Assembly (NCBI GenBank): GCA_963710455.1
Contig: CAVQAG010000005.1
Location: 24,020-88,019 of the forward strand
Direction: 5' to 3'
DNA from: an uncultured delta proteobacterium
GTDB lineage: Bacteria; Desulfobacterota; Binatia; Binatales; Binataceae
DNA length: 64,000 nucleotides
Part shown: one piece after another, positions 41,469 through 50,898 of the stretch
Numbering within the stretch: the first letter of the stretch is position 1
Layout of the letters: every line of letters begins with the position of its first letter
The notes under the pieces: model-generated
Databases searched by the model: none
What the model saw: the letters and a program-made list of their open reading frames with translations, nothing else
What the model was told of the DNA's origin: nothing
Made by a program: the position numbers and the translations under genes

Positions 41469-43142
41469 ATGGCCGAAAAGCTGCGCAGCAAACTGATAAC
41501 CGAGGGGATGCAGCGCGCGCCGAACCGCTCGATGCTTCGCGCGGTGGGGTTTCGCGACAGCGACTTCAACAAGCCGATCATCGGCATCGCCAATGGCTAC
41601 AGCACGATTACGCCCTGCAACATGGGACTCGACACGCTGGCCAAGCGGGCCGAAGCCGCGGTGCGCGGCGCCGGCGCGATGCCGCAGACCTTCGGCACGA
41701 TAACGGTCAGTGATGGGATCGCGATGGGCACCGAGGGAATGAAATACTCGCTGGTCTCCCGCGAAGTCATCGCGGACTCGATCGAAACCGCGTGCGGCGC
41801 GCAATCGATGGACGGCGTGGTCGCGGTCGGCGGCTGCGACAAGAACATGCCGGGCGCGATGATCGCAATCGCGCGGATGAACATCCCGGCGATCTTCGTT
41901 TACGGCGGCACCATCAAGCCCGGCCATCTTAATGGCCGCGACCTCACGATCGTCAGTGCCTTCGAGGCGGTCGGTGAGTATAGTGCTCACAAGATCAGCG
42001 AGGCCGAGTTGCTCGAAGTCGAGCGCCACGCTTGCCCGGGCGCGGGCTCGTGCGGCGGGATGTATACAGCCAACACGATGTCGTCGGCGATCGAGGCGAT
42101 GGGGATGAGCCTGCCGTATTCCTCCACCATGGCCGCCGAGGATGCCGAAAAATCCGAGAGCGCCGCACGCTCGGGCGAAGTGCTGGTCGAGGCCGTGCAT
42201 CGCGAACTGCTGCCGCTCCAGATCATGACGCGCAAGGCGTTCGAGAACGCGATCGCGGTGGTGATGGCGGCAGGCGGGTCGACCAACGCTGTGCTGCATC
42301 TGCTCGCGATCGCGCACGCCGCCAACGTCCCGCTCACGATCGACGACTTCGAGACCATCCGCCAGCGCACTCCGGTGTTGTGCGATCTCAAGCCGTCGGG
42401 ACGCTACGTGACTACCGAATTTCATCGCGCCGGTGGCGTGCCTCAAGTGATGAAGATGCTGCTCGCGCACGGAATCCTCCATGGCGGCGAAAAGACCATC
42501 ACTGGGCGCACCATCGCCGAGACCCTGGCCGAGGTTCCCGAAGCGCCGCGCAAGGACCAGAACGTCATTCGCCAGTGGGACAACCCGATGTACGCCGAGG
42601 GCCATCTGGCAATCCTGCGAGGTAACCTCGCGACTGAAGGCGCGGTGGCAAAGGTCACCGGGATCAAGCATCAGGAGATCACCGGACCGGCGCGGGTGTT
42701 CGATCGCGAAGAGGATACGCTCGCCGCAATCCTCGCGGGCAAGATCAAAAAAGGCGACGTGCTCGTGATCCGCTACGAAGGGCCCAAGGGCGGACCCGGC
42801 ATGCGCGAGATGCTGTCGCCGACCTCGGCTATCATCGGCGCGGGACTCGGCGACTCGGTCGGACTGATCACGGACGGACGGTTCTCGGGCGGAACCTACG
42901 GACTGGTGGTGGGCCACGTCGCGCCCGAGGCCGCGGTGGGCGGGTTGATTGCGCTCGTGAAGGAAGGCGACTCGATAACAATCGACGGGCACAAGCGACT
43001 CTTGCGACTCAACGTGGCCGAGGACGAGATCGCACGCCGTCGCGCGGCCTGGAAGCCGCCGGCCTCGCGTTACACGCGCGGCGTGCTGGCCAAGTACGCG
43101 GCGCAGGTGTCTTCAGCCTCTGTCGGAGCCGTGACCGACTGA
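41469..43142 (+). CDS. ilvD: dihydroxy-acid dehydratase
   Basis: [37 protein letters not shown]...[31 protein letters not shown]...GCDKNMPG...[16 protein letters not shown]...[10 protein letters not shown]. Confidence 0.97.
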   Translation: MAEKLRSKLITEGMQRAPNRSMLRAVGFRDSDFNKPIIGIANGYSTITPCNMGLDTLAKRAEAAVRGAGAMPQTFGTITVSDGIAMGTEGMKYSLVSREVIADSIETACGAQSMDGVVAVGGCDKNMPGAMIAIARMNIPAIFVYGGTIKPGHLNGRDLTIVSAFEAVGEYSAHKISEAELLEVERHACPGAGSCGGMYTANTMSSAIEAMGMSLPYSSTMAAEDAEKSESAARSGEVLVEAVHRELLPLQIMTRKAFENAIAVVMAAGGSTNAVLHLLAIAHAANVPLTIDDFETIRQRTPVLCDLKPSGRYVTTEFHRAGGVPQVMKMLLAHGILHGGEKTITGRTIAETLAEVPEAPRKDQNVIRQWDNPMYAEGHLAILRGNLATEGAVAKVTGIKHQEITGPARVFDREEDTLAAILAGKIKKGDVLVIRYEGPKGGPGMREMLSPTSAIIGAGLGDSVGLITDGRFSGGTYGLVVGHVAPEAAVGGLIALVKEGDSITIDGHKRLLRLNVAEDEIARRRAAWKPPASRYTRGVLAKYAAQVSSASVGAVTD

Positions 43143-43280
43143 GGATATAATGGCGGCGGCGTCGCGCGGGGTCTTTAGCCCATGTCGCTACGGCGCTTAA
43201 CTTGACTTGCTCGAAGGCCGGTCAGTATAAATCGGGTGCCCGGAACAGTTCGGCGAAGAGAAATTCCAGCGGAGGACCGG

Positions 43281-44489
43281 ATGGTGACTGGCTTACGGCG
43301 GCGACTACTTCAACTGGCTCCACTGTGCGCGCTGCTGGCTGCGCCGGCTTTCGCCCAGGTTCCCAGCAGCCCCACGCTGCAGTTTCCATACACTCAGCCG
43401 CCCGCCGAGGGCGTGGGAGTCCGCAAGATGCCACCGCCCAATCCGCATTGGGTGCTGATCAACGCGCCGCTCTTCGGCAACTTTATCGTATCGCAGGTTT
43501 ACGTGGTCGACGGCGATTCGAGGAAAATCATCGGCATGCTCACGACCGGGATGATCGCGACCGCCGCGATATCGCCCGATCATAGCCGTATCTTCACCGG
43601 CGACACGTTTTTCACGCGCGGCACACGCGGCAGCAGGACCGACGTCATCACTTTCTACGACACGAGCAGCCTTGAGCCGGTGAGCGAGGTCGTAATCCCG
43701 CCCAAGCGCCAGCTTGCCGGCCCCGACAATCTGCAGCTCGGCGCAACCTCGGACGGGCATCTGTTGCTGGTAGCTAACATGACCCCGGCGACTTCGGTAA
43801 CGGTGATCGATATCGCGGCGTCCAAGGTGCTCGGGGAGATTCCGATAACCGGATGCGCCGAATTCCAGCTGACCGGCAATCGGCAGTTCGCTTCACTGTG
43901 CGGCGACGGCTCGCTTCTGAAAGTTAATTTCGACGATAGTGGAAAGTCGACGGGCGAAAAGCGCAGCCCCGTATTCTTCGAGCCCGAGAAAGATCCGGTC
44001 TACGCGGCGCCGGCGATCATCAAAAACGAAAACTACTACGTCACCTATCATGGAGTGGTGCATCCGGTTGATATGTCGGCCGATCCACCGGCCCCCGGTT
44101 CGACCTGGTCGCTAACCACGGATCAGGAACGGGCCGCGGGATGGAGACCCGGCGGCAGCCAGCCAATCTGGGGTCATGCCTCCGACGGTCTCCTGTATGC
44201 ACTGATGCATCAGGGCGGCGAGTGGACGCACAAACAGCCCGGCTCCGAGATCTGGGTATTCAATGCAAAGGATGGCAAGAGAATCGAGCGGCTTACGCTT
44301 CCCGAGCCGGCGGCCGCGATTTTCGTATCACCGGACGACAAGCCGCTGATCTTTGCCGCGACCTCCACTGATATTTTGCAGATTGGAGCGGCGCCATGGT
44401 CGCTCCAGATACTATCGGCGGATAACGGCAGATATCTGGGAAAAATCGATCAGTTGGGCGGCTTTCCCGCCAACATGTTTGGTCTCTAA
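43281..44489 (+). CDS. mauB: amine (methylamine-type) dehydrogenase heavy chain, beta-propeller
   Basis: It has a signal peptide. VYVVDGDSRKIIGML......ISPDHSRIF..DTFF.RGTRG.RTDVITFYD..SL....EVVIPPKR... is typical of MADH/AADH large subunits. A GGAGGA SD precedes ATG 43281. Confidence 0.8.
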   Translation: MVTGLRRRLLQLAPLCALLAAPAFAQVPSSPTLQFPYTQPPAEGVGVRKMPPPNPHWVLINAPLFGNFIVSQVYVVDGDSRKIIGMLTTGMIATAAISPDHSRIFTGDTFFTRGTRGSRTDVITFYDTSSLEPVSEVVIPPKRQLAGPDNLQLGATSDGHLLLVANMTPATSVTVIDIAASKVLGEIPITGCAEFQLTGNRQFASLCGDGSLLKVNFDDSGKSTGEKRSPVFFEPEKDPVYAAPAIIKNENYYVTYHGVVHPVDMSADPPAPGSTWSLTTDQERAAGWRPGGSQPIWGHASDGLLYALMHQGGEWTHKQPGSEIWVFNAKDGKRIERLTLPEPAAAIFVSPDDKPLIFAATSTDILQIGAAPWSLQILSADNGRYLGKIDQLGGFPANMFGL

Positions 44490-44521
44490 TCGGACGTGAG
44501 TAATCGCAGGAGGACTGGATA

Positions 44522-45031
44522 ATGGATGACCTGGTGGAACGGCTGGCGCGTAAGCTTGCGGCGCATACTTCCCGCCGGCGCCTGCTGGGGATGCTCGGAA
44601 CGGCGCTCCTCGGCGGCGTGGCGCTCCCGCTCCTGCCGGTTCAGCGCATCGCGCGATCAGCCGAGGCCGCGGATCCAGCCAACGAGCCGGGCGACCAGAT
44701 GAGCTGCGACTACTGGCGTTACTGCGGCTTCGACGGGAATCTTTGCGGATGCTGCGGCGGCACGCTCACCGAGTGCCCGGCGGGATCGATCATGTCGCCC
44801 ACCGGATGGGTTGGCACTTGCCGGCATCCAGTCGACGGCAAGGACTACATAATCGCGTATCGCGACTGCTGCGGAAAAGAGTATTGCGGCCGCTGCGCCT
44901 GCCACGGCGACAAGGGCGACCTGCCAATCTACCGCACCCAACTCGACAACGAAGTGCTGTGGTGCTTCGGAGTGAAAAGCGGATGGGCGGTGAATTGCAC
45001 CACCGCGGTGAACCTGGGAGTCAAGTCGTAA
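44522..45031 (+). CDS. mauA: amine dehydrogenase light chain (TTQ-bearing subunit) with a Tat signal
   Basis: It has a twin-arginine signal (SRRRLLGMLG). The Cys-rich core reads CDYWRYCGFDGNLCGCCGGTLTECPAG...GWVGTC...YIIAYRDCCGK..CGRCAC...VLWCFG. The two TTQ Trp positions (GWVGTC and LWCFG) are conserved. Confidence 0.85.
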   Translation: MDDLVERLARKLAAHTSRRRLLGMLGTALLGGVALPLLPVQRIARSAEAADPANEPGDQMSCDYWRYCGFDGNLCGCCGGTLTECPAGSIMSPTGWVGTCRHPVDGKDYIIAYRDCCGKEYCGRCACHGDKGDLPIYRTQLDNEVLWCFGVKSGWAVNCTTAVNLGVKS

Positions 45032-45083
45032 GGACAAGCCTTCAACGCGATAATGGTACTTGCCGGATAGCGATATAGGACAC

Positions 45084-45118
45084 GGCCTGCGAGAGTACCG
45101 CGGGCCGTTTTCCTTTTC
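45084..45118 (+). terminator. rho-independent terminator after the light-chain gene
   Basis: GGCCTGCG-agagtac-CGCGGGCC forms an 8-bp stem with one G-U pair. It is followed by GTTTTCCTTTTCG. Confidence 0.75.
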
Positions 45119-45402
45119 GTTTGCGAACAGGGCTCAACAGAGCTCTAACGGCTGAAAACATTCCCTCCTAATGGTCTCAATTTCCCGGGACCTTCGTTTA
45201 ATGGCCTCCTTGGTCTGGTCGCAATCTATTCGGACCAGTGTCATTTCAGCGCACACTATGGCATCCGGTGAAGGAGTAGGGAGGACGTTCGAGACGCGCC
45301 GGCGGCAGTTGGGGTGAAGATTTCGTCGCTAGCGAGTGTAGCAGGTACTTTCCGCCTGACGGCGGCGCCGCTAACTTTATGGATGATCCGATGCGCAAGC
45401 AC

Positions 45403-45492
45403 GGAGGGGTGGCCGAGCGGTTGAAGGCACCGGTCTTGAAAACCGGCAGCGGCGGAAGTCGCTCGTGGGTTCGAATCCCACCCCCTCCGCCA
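45403..45492 (+). tRNA. tRNA-Ser (anticodon TGA)
   Basis: GGAGGGGTGGCCGAGCGGTTGAAGGCACCGGTCTTGAAAACCGGCAGCGGCGGAAGTCGCTCGTGGGTTCGAATCCCACCCCCTCCGCCA. It has a long variable arm, a CTTGAAA anticodon loop and an encoded CCA. Confidence 0.95.
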
Positions 45493-45735
45493 ATAATTTT
45501 CCGCGTGACTGAAAGGTTGGTCCCCACTAGGAGCTCAGTCGAAGATAGAAACCGCGCACGCGCGCCCGCCGCTTAAGTTGCGAGCTGTTTCTGGATTCAT
45601 GCGCGAACGTTTCGCGCGCGAGCGTTCCAACTTCGTTGTAGCGGCGGGCGACGCCCGTGCGTGGACCGTCCTCTACACGGCTGTGGCAACGGCCGCGCCT
45701 TTCACAGCACGTGTCACGTGCAGTCTTCGCGCAAA

Positions 45736-46077
45736 CTACATGGGCGCGAGATAGTTCCCCGGATTCGCCAGGAAGTCGTCTTTGATGTCCGGGTGCTGTT
45801 CGAAAAACTGCGCAAGCTCCGCATGTTTTTTCAGAAATCGCGGGTTGTTAGCGAGCCTGGGGTTATGGCTCAGCATCTTCACAACATCCGGATGATCATT
45901 GGTGAACTCGTCGAACGTTTTGTAACGATCGATCGGTATGTCGGCCGGGCTCGCAGGCTCAAAGACAATTTCCGTATTTCCTCTGTGGACCACCGGCTCC
46001 TGCCCAAGGACGGGAGGCGCCAGCACGGCCATCGACATGCCAAAACTCAGCGCCAACGGCAAAGTTAATCGTTTCAT
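45736..46077 (-). CDS. small secreted hypothetical protein
   Basis: The signal peptide reads MKRLTLPLALSFGMSMAVLAPPVLGQ. No family was recognised. Confidence 0.5.
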   Translation of the reverse strand: MKRLTLPLALSFGMSMAVLAPPVLGQEPVVHRGNTEIVFEPASPADIPIDRYKTFDEFTNDHPDVVKMLSHNPRLANNPRFLKKHAELAQFFEQHPDIKDDFLANPGNYLAPM

Positions 46078-46225
46078 AGCTAACCTCCTATTTGTCGGTG
46101 CATCGATGATCGGGCAAAGACCGCGCCGAAGTTTGGGTCGAAGAGGGATGGCATAACAGGATTTCGCCAGCAAAACTTAGCTTTGCCAATGGTCAGACTT
46201 ACAAACGTGCAATAAACTCGCGCTC

Positions 46226-47170
46226 GTGGGTGCTACGAAGAGGCGAGAACATATCCCGTTCCGGGTGCGTCCGATGCTCGCCAGGTTGGTCCCGGAGCCA
46301 TTTCATAGAGCTGGATGGGTCTACGAAGAGAAGTATGACGGAGAGCGTATCCTTGCCTATAAAGAAGGTGCCGAGGTCCATCTCCTGTCGAGAAATGCGA
46401 AGGATAACACCGCTCGATTTCCAGAAATCGCGGCCGCGATCGCGGGCTTGTCTGCTCGTACGCTGCTACTTGACGGAGAGGTAATTGCGCTCGACCGTCA
46501 AGGGGTCTCGCGCTTTCAATTGCTTCAGCGCGGAGCTGCCAAGCCGATTTATGCCGTGTTCGACTACCTGTACCAGGATGGGAGCGATTTGCGCGGCGAT
46601 TCGCTGAGCGCCAGGCGTGGCGTGCTGGAATCTGCGTTCGGAACGAGTGGAACTTTATTTGTCTCGCGGCGGCTTGCGCAAAATGGACTTGACGCTTATC
46701 GAATCGCGAAGCGGCGCGGCTTCGAAGGGGGGGGCGCCAAGGATTCGTCGGCGCCCTACATTGCAGGCCGCTCTACGAAATGGCTAAAGGTAAAAGTGCG
46801 GCAAGAGGAGGAGTTCGTGGTTGCGGGTTACACGGCGCCCTCCGGCTCGCGCAAGCATTTTGGCGCGTTATTACTCGGCGGATATCGTGGCCGCGAACTT
46901 CACTATGTCGGCAAAGTGGGAACTGGATTTACAGAAACGATCCTGGCCGCGCTCTTCAAAAGCTTTCAATCGTCGGTCCTGCAGAAGCCTTCTCTGGCAG
47001 ATCCGCCGCGCGAAAAGCACGTCACCTACATTGCGCCGCGACTCGTGGCCCAGATCGCATTCCAGGAGTGGACAGGCGACGGAAAGCTTCGCCAGCCGGT
47101 ATTTCTAGGTTTGCGTGACGACAAAAATCCTCGTGAATGCGTGCTACCGGATAGATGGCCGCTCTTCTGA
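46226..47170 (+). CDS. ATP-dependent DNA ligase (LigD-type ligase domain)
   Basis: PMLARLV...WVYEEKYDGERILAY contains motif I KxDG, with the adenylation Lys. LLLDGEVIAL, FDYLY.DG.DLR, KWLKVK and the OB-fold tail FQEWTGDGKLRQPVFLGLRDDK follow. Confidence 0.85.
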   Translation: MGATKRREHIPFRVRPMLARLVPEPFHRAGWVYEEKYDGERILAYKEGAEVHLLSRNAKDNTARFPEIAAAIAGLSARTLLLDGEVIALDRQGVSRFQLLQRGAAKPIYAVFDYLYQDGSDLRGDSLSARRGVLESAFGTSGTLFVSRRLAQNGLDAYRIAKRRGFEGGGAKDSSAPYIAGRSTKWLKVKVRQEEEFVVAGYTAPSGSRKHFGALLLGGYRGRELHYVGKVGTGFTETILAALFKSFQSSVLQKPSLADPPREKHVTYIAPRLVAQIAFQEWTGDGKLRQPVFLGLRDDKNPRECVLPDRWPLF

Positions 47171-47409
47171 TCGGCAACTGATTGCGTCTCAATCCGGCAT
47201 CCTCAGCAACCACCTTTGCAAATCATATGGTCCGCCGCGCACTGATCCCGGTGGCCTGGTACGCAATATTCGAGATTACCGCCGATGATAAAGATACCGC
47301 GCACGCTTTCCAGCATGCTGTTTGCCGGTTAACGCATGCAATAGCGCATTTATTCGATATCGGCCTCGCTTCGCCAGCGGGCGCTCCGTGAGATGCGTCA
47401 ATCGGCCCT

Positions 47410-48225
47410 TTACTGAGCCTGCGCCACCGTTTTCCAGAACGGATGGTTCGCGATATGAAGAAGATTTTTCGGATCGAAGAGATCCGGAGGGATTTTTTTG
47501 TTCCGAATCACTTTTGTCACGTCAATCTCGGAACTCCCGCCCGACTGGACATTTTTCATCACGAGCTTCGTGATCGTCGGAACGCCGTCGACGGTGTCGA
47601 TCGTGCAGAGCTCAGTCTTGAAGAGGTTGCCGGCCCGATCGTAAAAGTCGCGCTCCACGGGCATCAATGAATCAGTCGCCACGTAACTTATAACTTTCGA
47701 ATAGTAAGGATGATTGATGGGATGGTCTTCGAGTTTGTAGACCTGCTTGCCGTCGCGGGTTTCAGTTCCAACCAGTTTCTCGCCTCCGCCGCCGAGAAGC
47801 ACGAAACCGAGATCCTGATAACTGAAGTCGGTAGCGAAGAAGGCGTCGTAGCCCTGCACCGGACTGAACTCGAGCACGCGCTTGGTCGCCGGAAGGTAAG
47901 CGTACTTGACGGTCGACGTGGAACTCGTCGCTTCCTTGTCCAGGAACGCTATTCCCCTCGCGTCGGGCGGGGCCAGCACCACCGTCAGTATCCAGTGGGC
48001 GCCATTGGCATCCCCGTTCGCTTGAACCATCTTCCAGTTAACGGCCGGGGTGCCATTGTTGATCACCTTGAGCTCCATAATCCGCACGGCGTTGTCCGGA
48101 CCTTGGAGGGCACGTTTCATCTGCCTGACGATTGTTTGCACATCAGGCCCGGCCGCGATTGCCGAGGCGGTAGCACACGCAACTATAAAAAGAAGGGTGG
48201 CGAGTAGTGGGAGTGCGCGCTTCAT
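47410..48225 (-). CDS. outer-membrane lipoprotein-sorting (LolA-like) family protein
   Basis: The signal peptide reads MKRALPLLATLLFIVACATASA. YAYLPATKRVLEFSP......FFATDFSYQDLGF is typical of the family. The ORF track start is TTG 48240. Confidence 0.7.
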   Translation of the reverse strand: MKRALPLLATLLFIVACATASAIAAGPDVQTIVRQMKRALQGPDNAVRIMELKVINNGTPAVNWKMVQANGDANGAHWILTVVLAPPDARGIAFLDKEATSSTSTVKYAYLPATKRVLEFSPVQGYDAFFATDFSYQDLGFVLLGGGGEKLVGTETRDGKQVYKLEDHPINHPYYSKVISYVATDSLMPVERDFYDRAGNLFKTELCTIDTVDGVPTITKLVMKNVQSGGSSEIDVTKVIRNKKIPPDLFDPKNLLHIANHPFWKTVAQAQ

Positions 48226-48342
48226 GCCGGTCATCCTCAATTTCGTTTAGATTTGTAAGTCTATATATACCGCAGCAGCTTCGCAGACGAAAACTGAAAA
48301 AAAACGATGATCAGTAGATAACGCCGATATTCGTCGGCTCTG

Positions 48343-49859
48343 TTGGAGGAGCGTGTGGCGGGTTATGATGCGCCGATGAATCGAGTCACTGCGCCCTGTC
48401 GAAATCAGCTGAACAGCATCGCGCGACGAGCGATGCTCGAACGAGGCCTGCTGCCGGACTTCTCCGCCGCGGTCCTGGCAGAGACCGGCTCGATCGCGGC
48501 GGCAGCCGTTCCGTCCGATCCATCACTGAGAGACCTTCGGCGCCTGCTGTGGGCATCGATCGACAACGATGATTCGCTCGACCTCGATCAGCTTTCGGTC
48601 GCGGAGCAACTGCCCGGAGGCGTGGTAAAGATTTTGGTTGCGGTAGCGGACGTCGACGCGATCGTTAAAAAAGGTTCGGCGATCGACGACCACGCGCGGA
48701 CCAATACCACCTCGGTTTATACCGCCGCCGAAATCTTTCCGATGCTGCCGGAGAAGCTCTCGACCGACCTCACGTCGCTTGCCGAGGGCAAGGAACGGCT
48801 GGCGATCGTGATCGAGATGGAGGTTGGCGCCGACGGCGCAGTGGGGAAATCCGACATCTATCGGGCGGTGGTGGTGAATCGTGCGAAGCTCGCCTACAAC
48901 GGGGTCGCCGCGTGGCTGGACGGAACCGCGCCCGCGCCCGGCGCCGATATCCGCAGTTCCGGGCCTTGACCAGAATCTGCGCATCCAGGATCGGGTCGCG
49001 CAGGCGATGAAAGCGCGGCGGCATCAACACGGCGCGTTGACGCTGGAAACTATCGAGGCCCGCCCCGTGTTCGACGGCGATTCGCTGAGCGATCTGCAAG
49101 CAGACCAGAAAAATCGCGCTACCGAGCTGATCGAAGACTTCATGATAGCGGCGAACGGCGTGACCGCGAGATACCTCGAGCAGAAAGGGTTTCCCGCGCT
49201 GCGACGGGTTCTGCGCTCGCCCGAGCGTTGGGCGCGAATCGTCGAGCTGGCAAGGGACTTGGGCGAGCGTCTGCCGCCGAACCCGAGTTGCCAGGCGCTG
49301 CAGGAGTTCCTTGAGAAGCGCCGGCAGGCCGATCCCGCGCGCTTTCCCGACCTGTCGCTTGTCGGTCGTCAAGCTGCTGGGCCGCGGCGAATACGTGCTC
49401 GAACTATCCCGGGCAGCCGGTGGCTGGACATTTCGGGCTTGCGGTGAAGGATTACACTCATTCGACGGCGCCGAACCGGCGCTTCCCGGATCTGGTCACC
49501 CAGCGCCTGTTGAAGGCGGCGCTTTCCGGACGCGCCGGCGCCGTACCGCGACGACGAGCTTGGCGAATTGGCGCGGCACTGCACGGAGCAGGAGGACAAC
49601 GCGACCAAGGTGGAGCGGCAGGTGCGAAAGTCGGCGGCCGCGCTGCTGCTGGAGTCGCGGGTGGGCGAGCGGTTCGACGGGATCGTGACCGGCGCTTCGC
49701 GCGAAGGGGACCTGGGTCCGAATCGCCCATCCCGCCGCGGAAGGAAAAGTCGTGCGAGGGTACAAGGGCCTCGATGTGGGAGATCATGTTGCCGTCGAGC
49801 TGGTCGACACCGACGTCGAGCGCGGCTTCGTCGATTTCGCGCGGGTCGGAAGATCATGA
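48343..49859 (+). pseudogene. RNB-domain ribonuclease (RNase II/R family) broken by five or more frame changes
   Basis: RNB motifs are spread over successive frames:
- WASIDNDDSLDLDQ...VAVADV...HARTNTTSVYT (ORF 48343)
- GALTLET...ELIEDFMIAANGVTARYL (ORF 48881)
- [11 protein letters not shown] (ORF 49311)
- [30 protein letters not shown] (ORF 49420)
- [41 protein letters not shown] (ORF 49568)
- then [34 protein letters not shown]. Confidence 0.85.
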
Positions 49860-50652
49860 AATCGCGCAAACCGGATCCGCCGGCCAATCCACCGCTCGCT
49901 TACAAGGACGAGAAGTTTCTCGATAGCGACGAAGCCCGTCCAATACGGATTCTTGCGGAATATCTCGAGCCGCTTCGGATCCTTTGCCGCGAGCAGGTAC
50001 ACGAGACAATCGTGTTCTTCGGCTCGGCGAGGATTACGCCCGACGGTCCGCTCGGACGCTACTACCAGGAGGCCCGCGAGCTTGCGCGACTTGATCACGA
50101 CCTGGTCGAAGAGTCTTCCGTCCGGATGCTCACCGATACGTGGTCTGCTCGGGAGGCGGTCCGGGAATCATGGAGGCCGCCAATCGCGGCGCTTCCGAGG
50201 CCGGCGGAAGAACTATTGGGTTCAACATCGGGTTGCCGCACGAGCAGCGGCCCAATCCCTACATCACGCGCGAGCTCTCCTTCGAGTTTCACTACTTCTT
50301 CATGCGCAAGCTGTGGTTCGCGCATCTCGCGCGCGCGCTGGTGGTCTTTCCCGGAGGCTTCGGCACGCTCGACGAAATGGCGGAGATACTTACGCTGCAG
50401 CAAACGCAAAAGCTGGATCGCGCGATCACGGTTCTTCTCTACGGCTCGCAATACTGGAAAGAGATCATCAACTTCGACGCGCTGGTGCGCCACGGCATGA
50501 TCAGCCCCGAAGATCTCAAACTGTTCAGCTTTGCCGACGATCCAGCCACAGCGCTTGGCCTGCTGCAGGAAGGGCTGAGGGCGCAGCCCGAGGAAACGCC
50601 GCCGGCCTTTGCGCATTCGTGCACGCCTCAACGTCGACGCCAAAGCGGCTGA
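49856..50652 (+). pseudogene. LOG-family (TIGR00730-type) nucleotide hydrolase with about two frame changes
   Basis: MKSRKP...ILAEYLEPL....ETIVFFGSARI is in the frame of ORF 49568. LITTWSKSLPSG is in the frame of ORF 49953. VCSGGGPGIMEAANRGASEAGGRTIGFNIGLPHEQ.PNPY....L.F.YFFMRK...ALVVFPGGFGTLDEMAEILTLQQT is in ORF 50140-50652. Its ATG overlaps the upstream TGA (ATGA). Confidence 0.8.
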
Positions 50653-50898
50653 AAGCCTTCACTCGGCCTGGGTTGCCCGCTCCGCCGCGGCACATGCCGC
50701 GGCGATGAAACATTTCATCAGTAATCAGCCTCGCGCAGCTGATGAAAATTTCTGCCACTGTAGGCATGACGTCCTTCCTTAATTTAGGTTCGCGGCAGTG
50801 GGACCCTGTATTTCGATGGCACAACGTGAGAGGCTACGGCGCCCAAGGCTCCGCGTTGGATTGTCACAGGCGTAAGGCGACCCTTAAAGTAACAGCCG

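Noticed and set aside
41412-42992. 526-aa minus-strand ORF
   Set aside because: It is antisense to ilvD, which is unmistakable on the + strand. Shadow ORF.
45246-45576. ORFs 45246-45527 (-) and 45379-45576 (+)
   Set aside because: They overlap tRNA-Ser(TGA). Likewise, ORFs 10576-10872/10581-10808 overlap tRNA-Arg, and 35495-35920/35602-35835 overlap tRNA-Leu.
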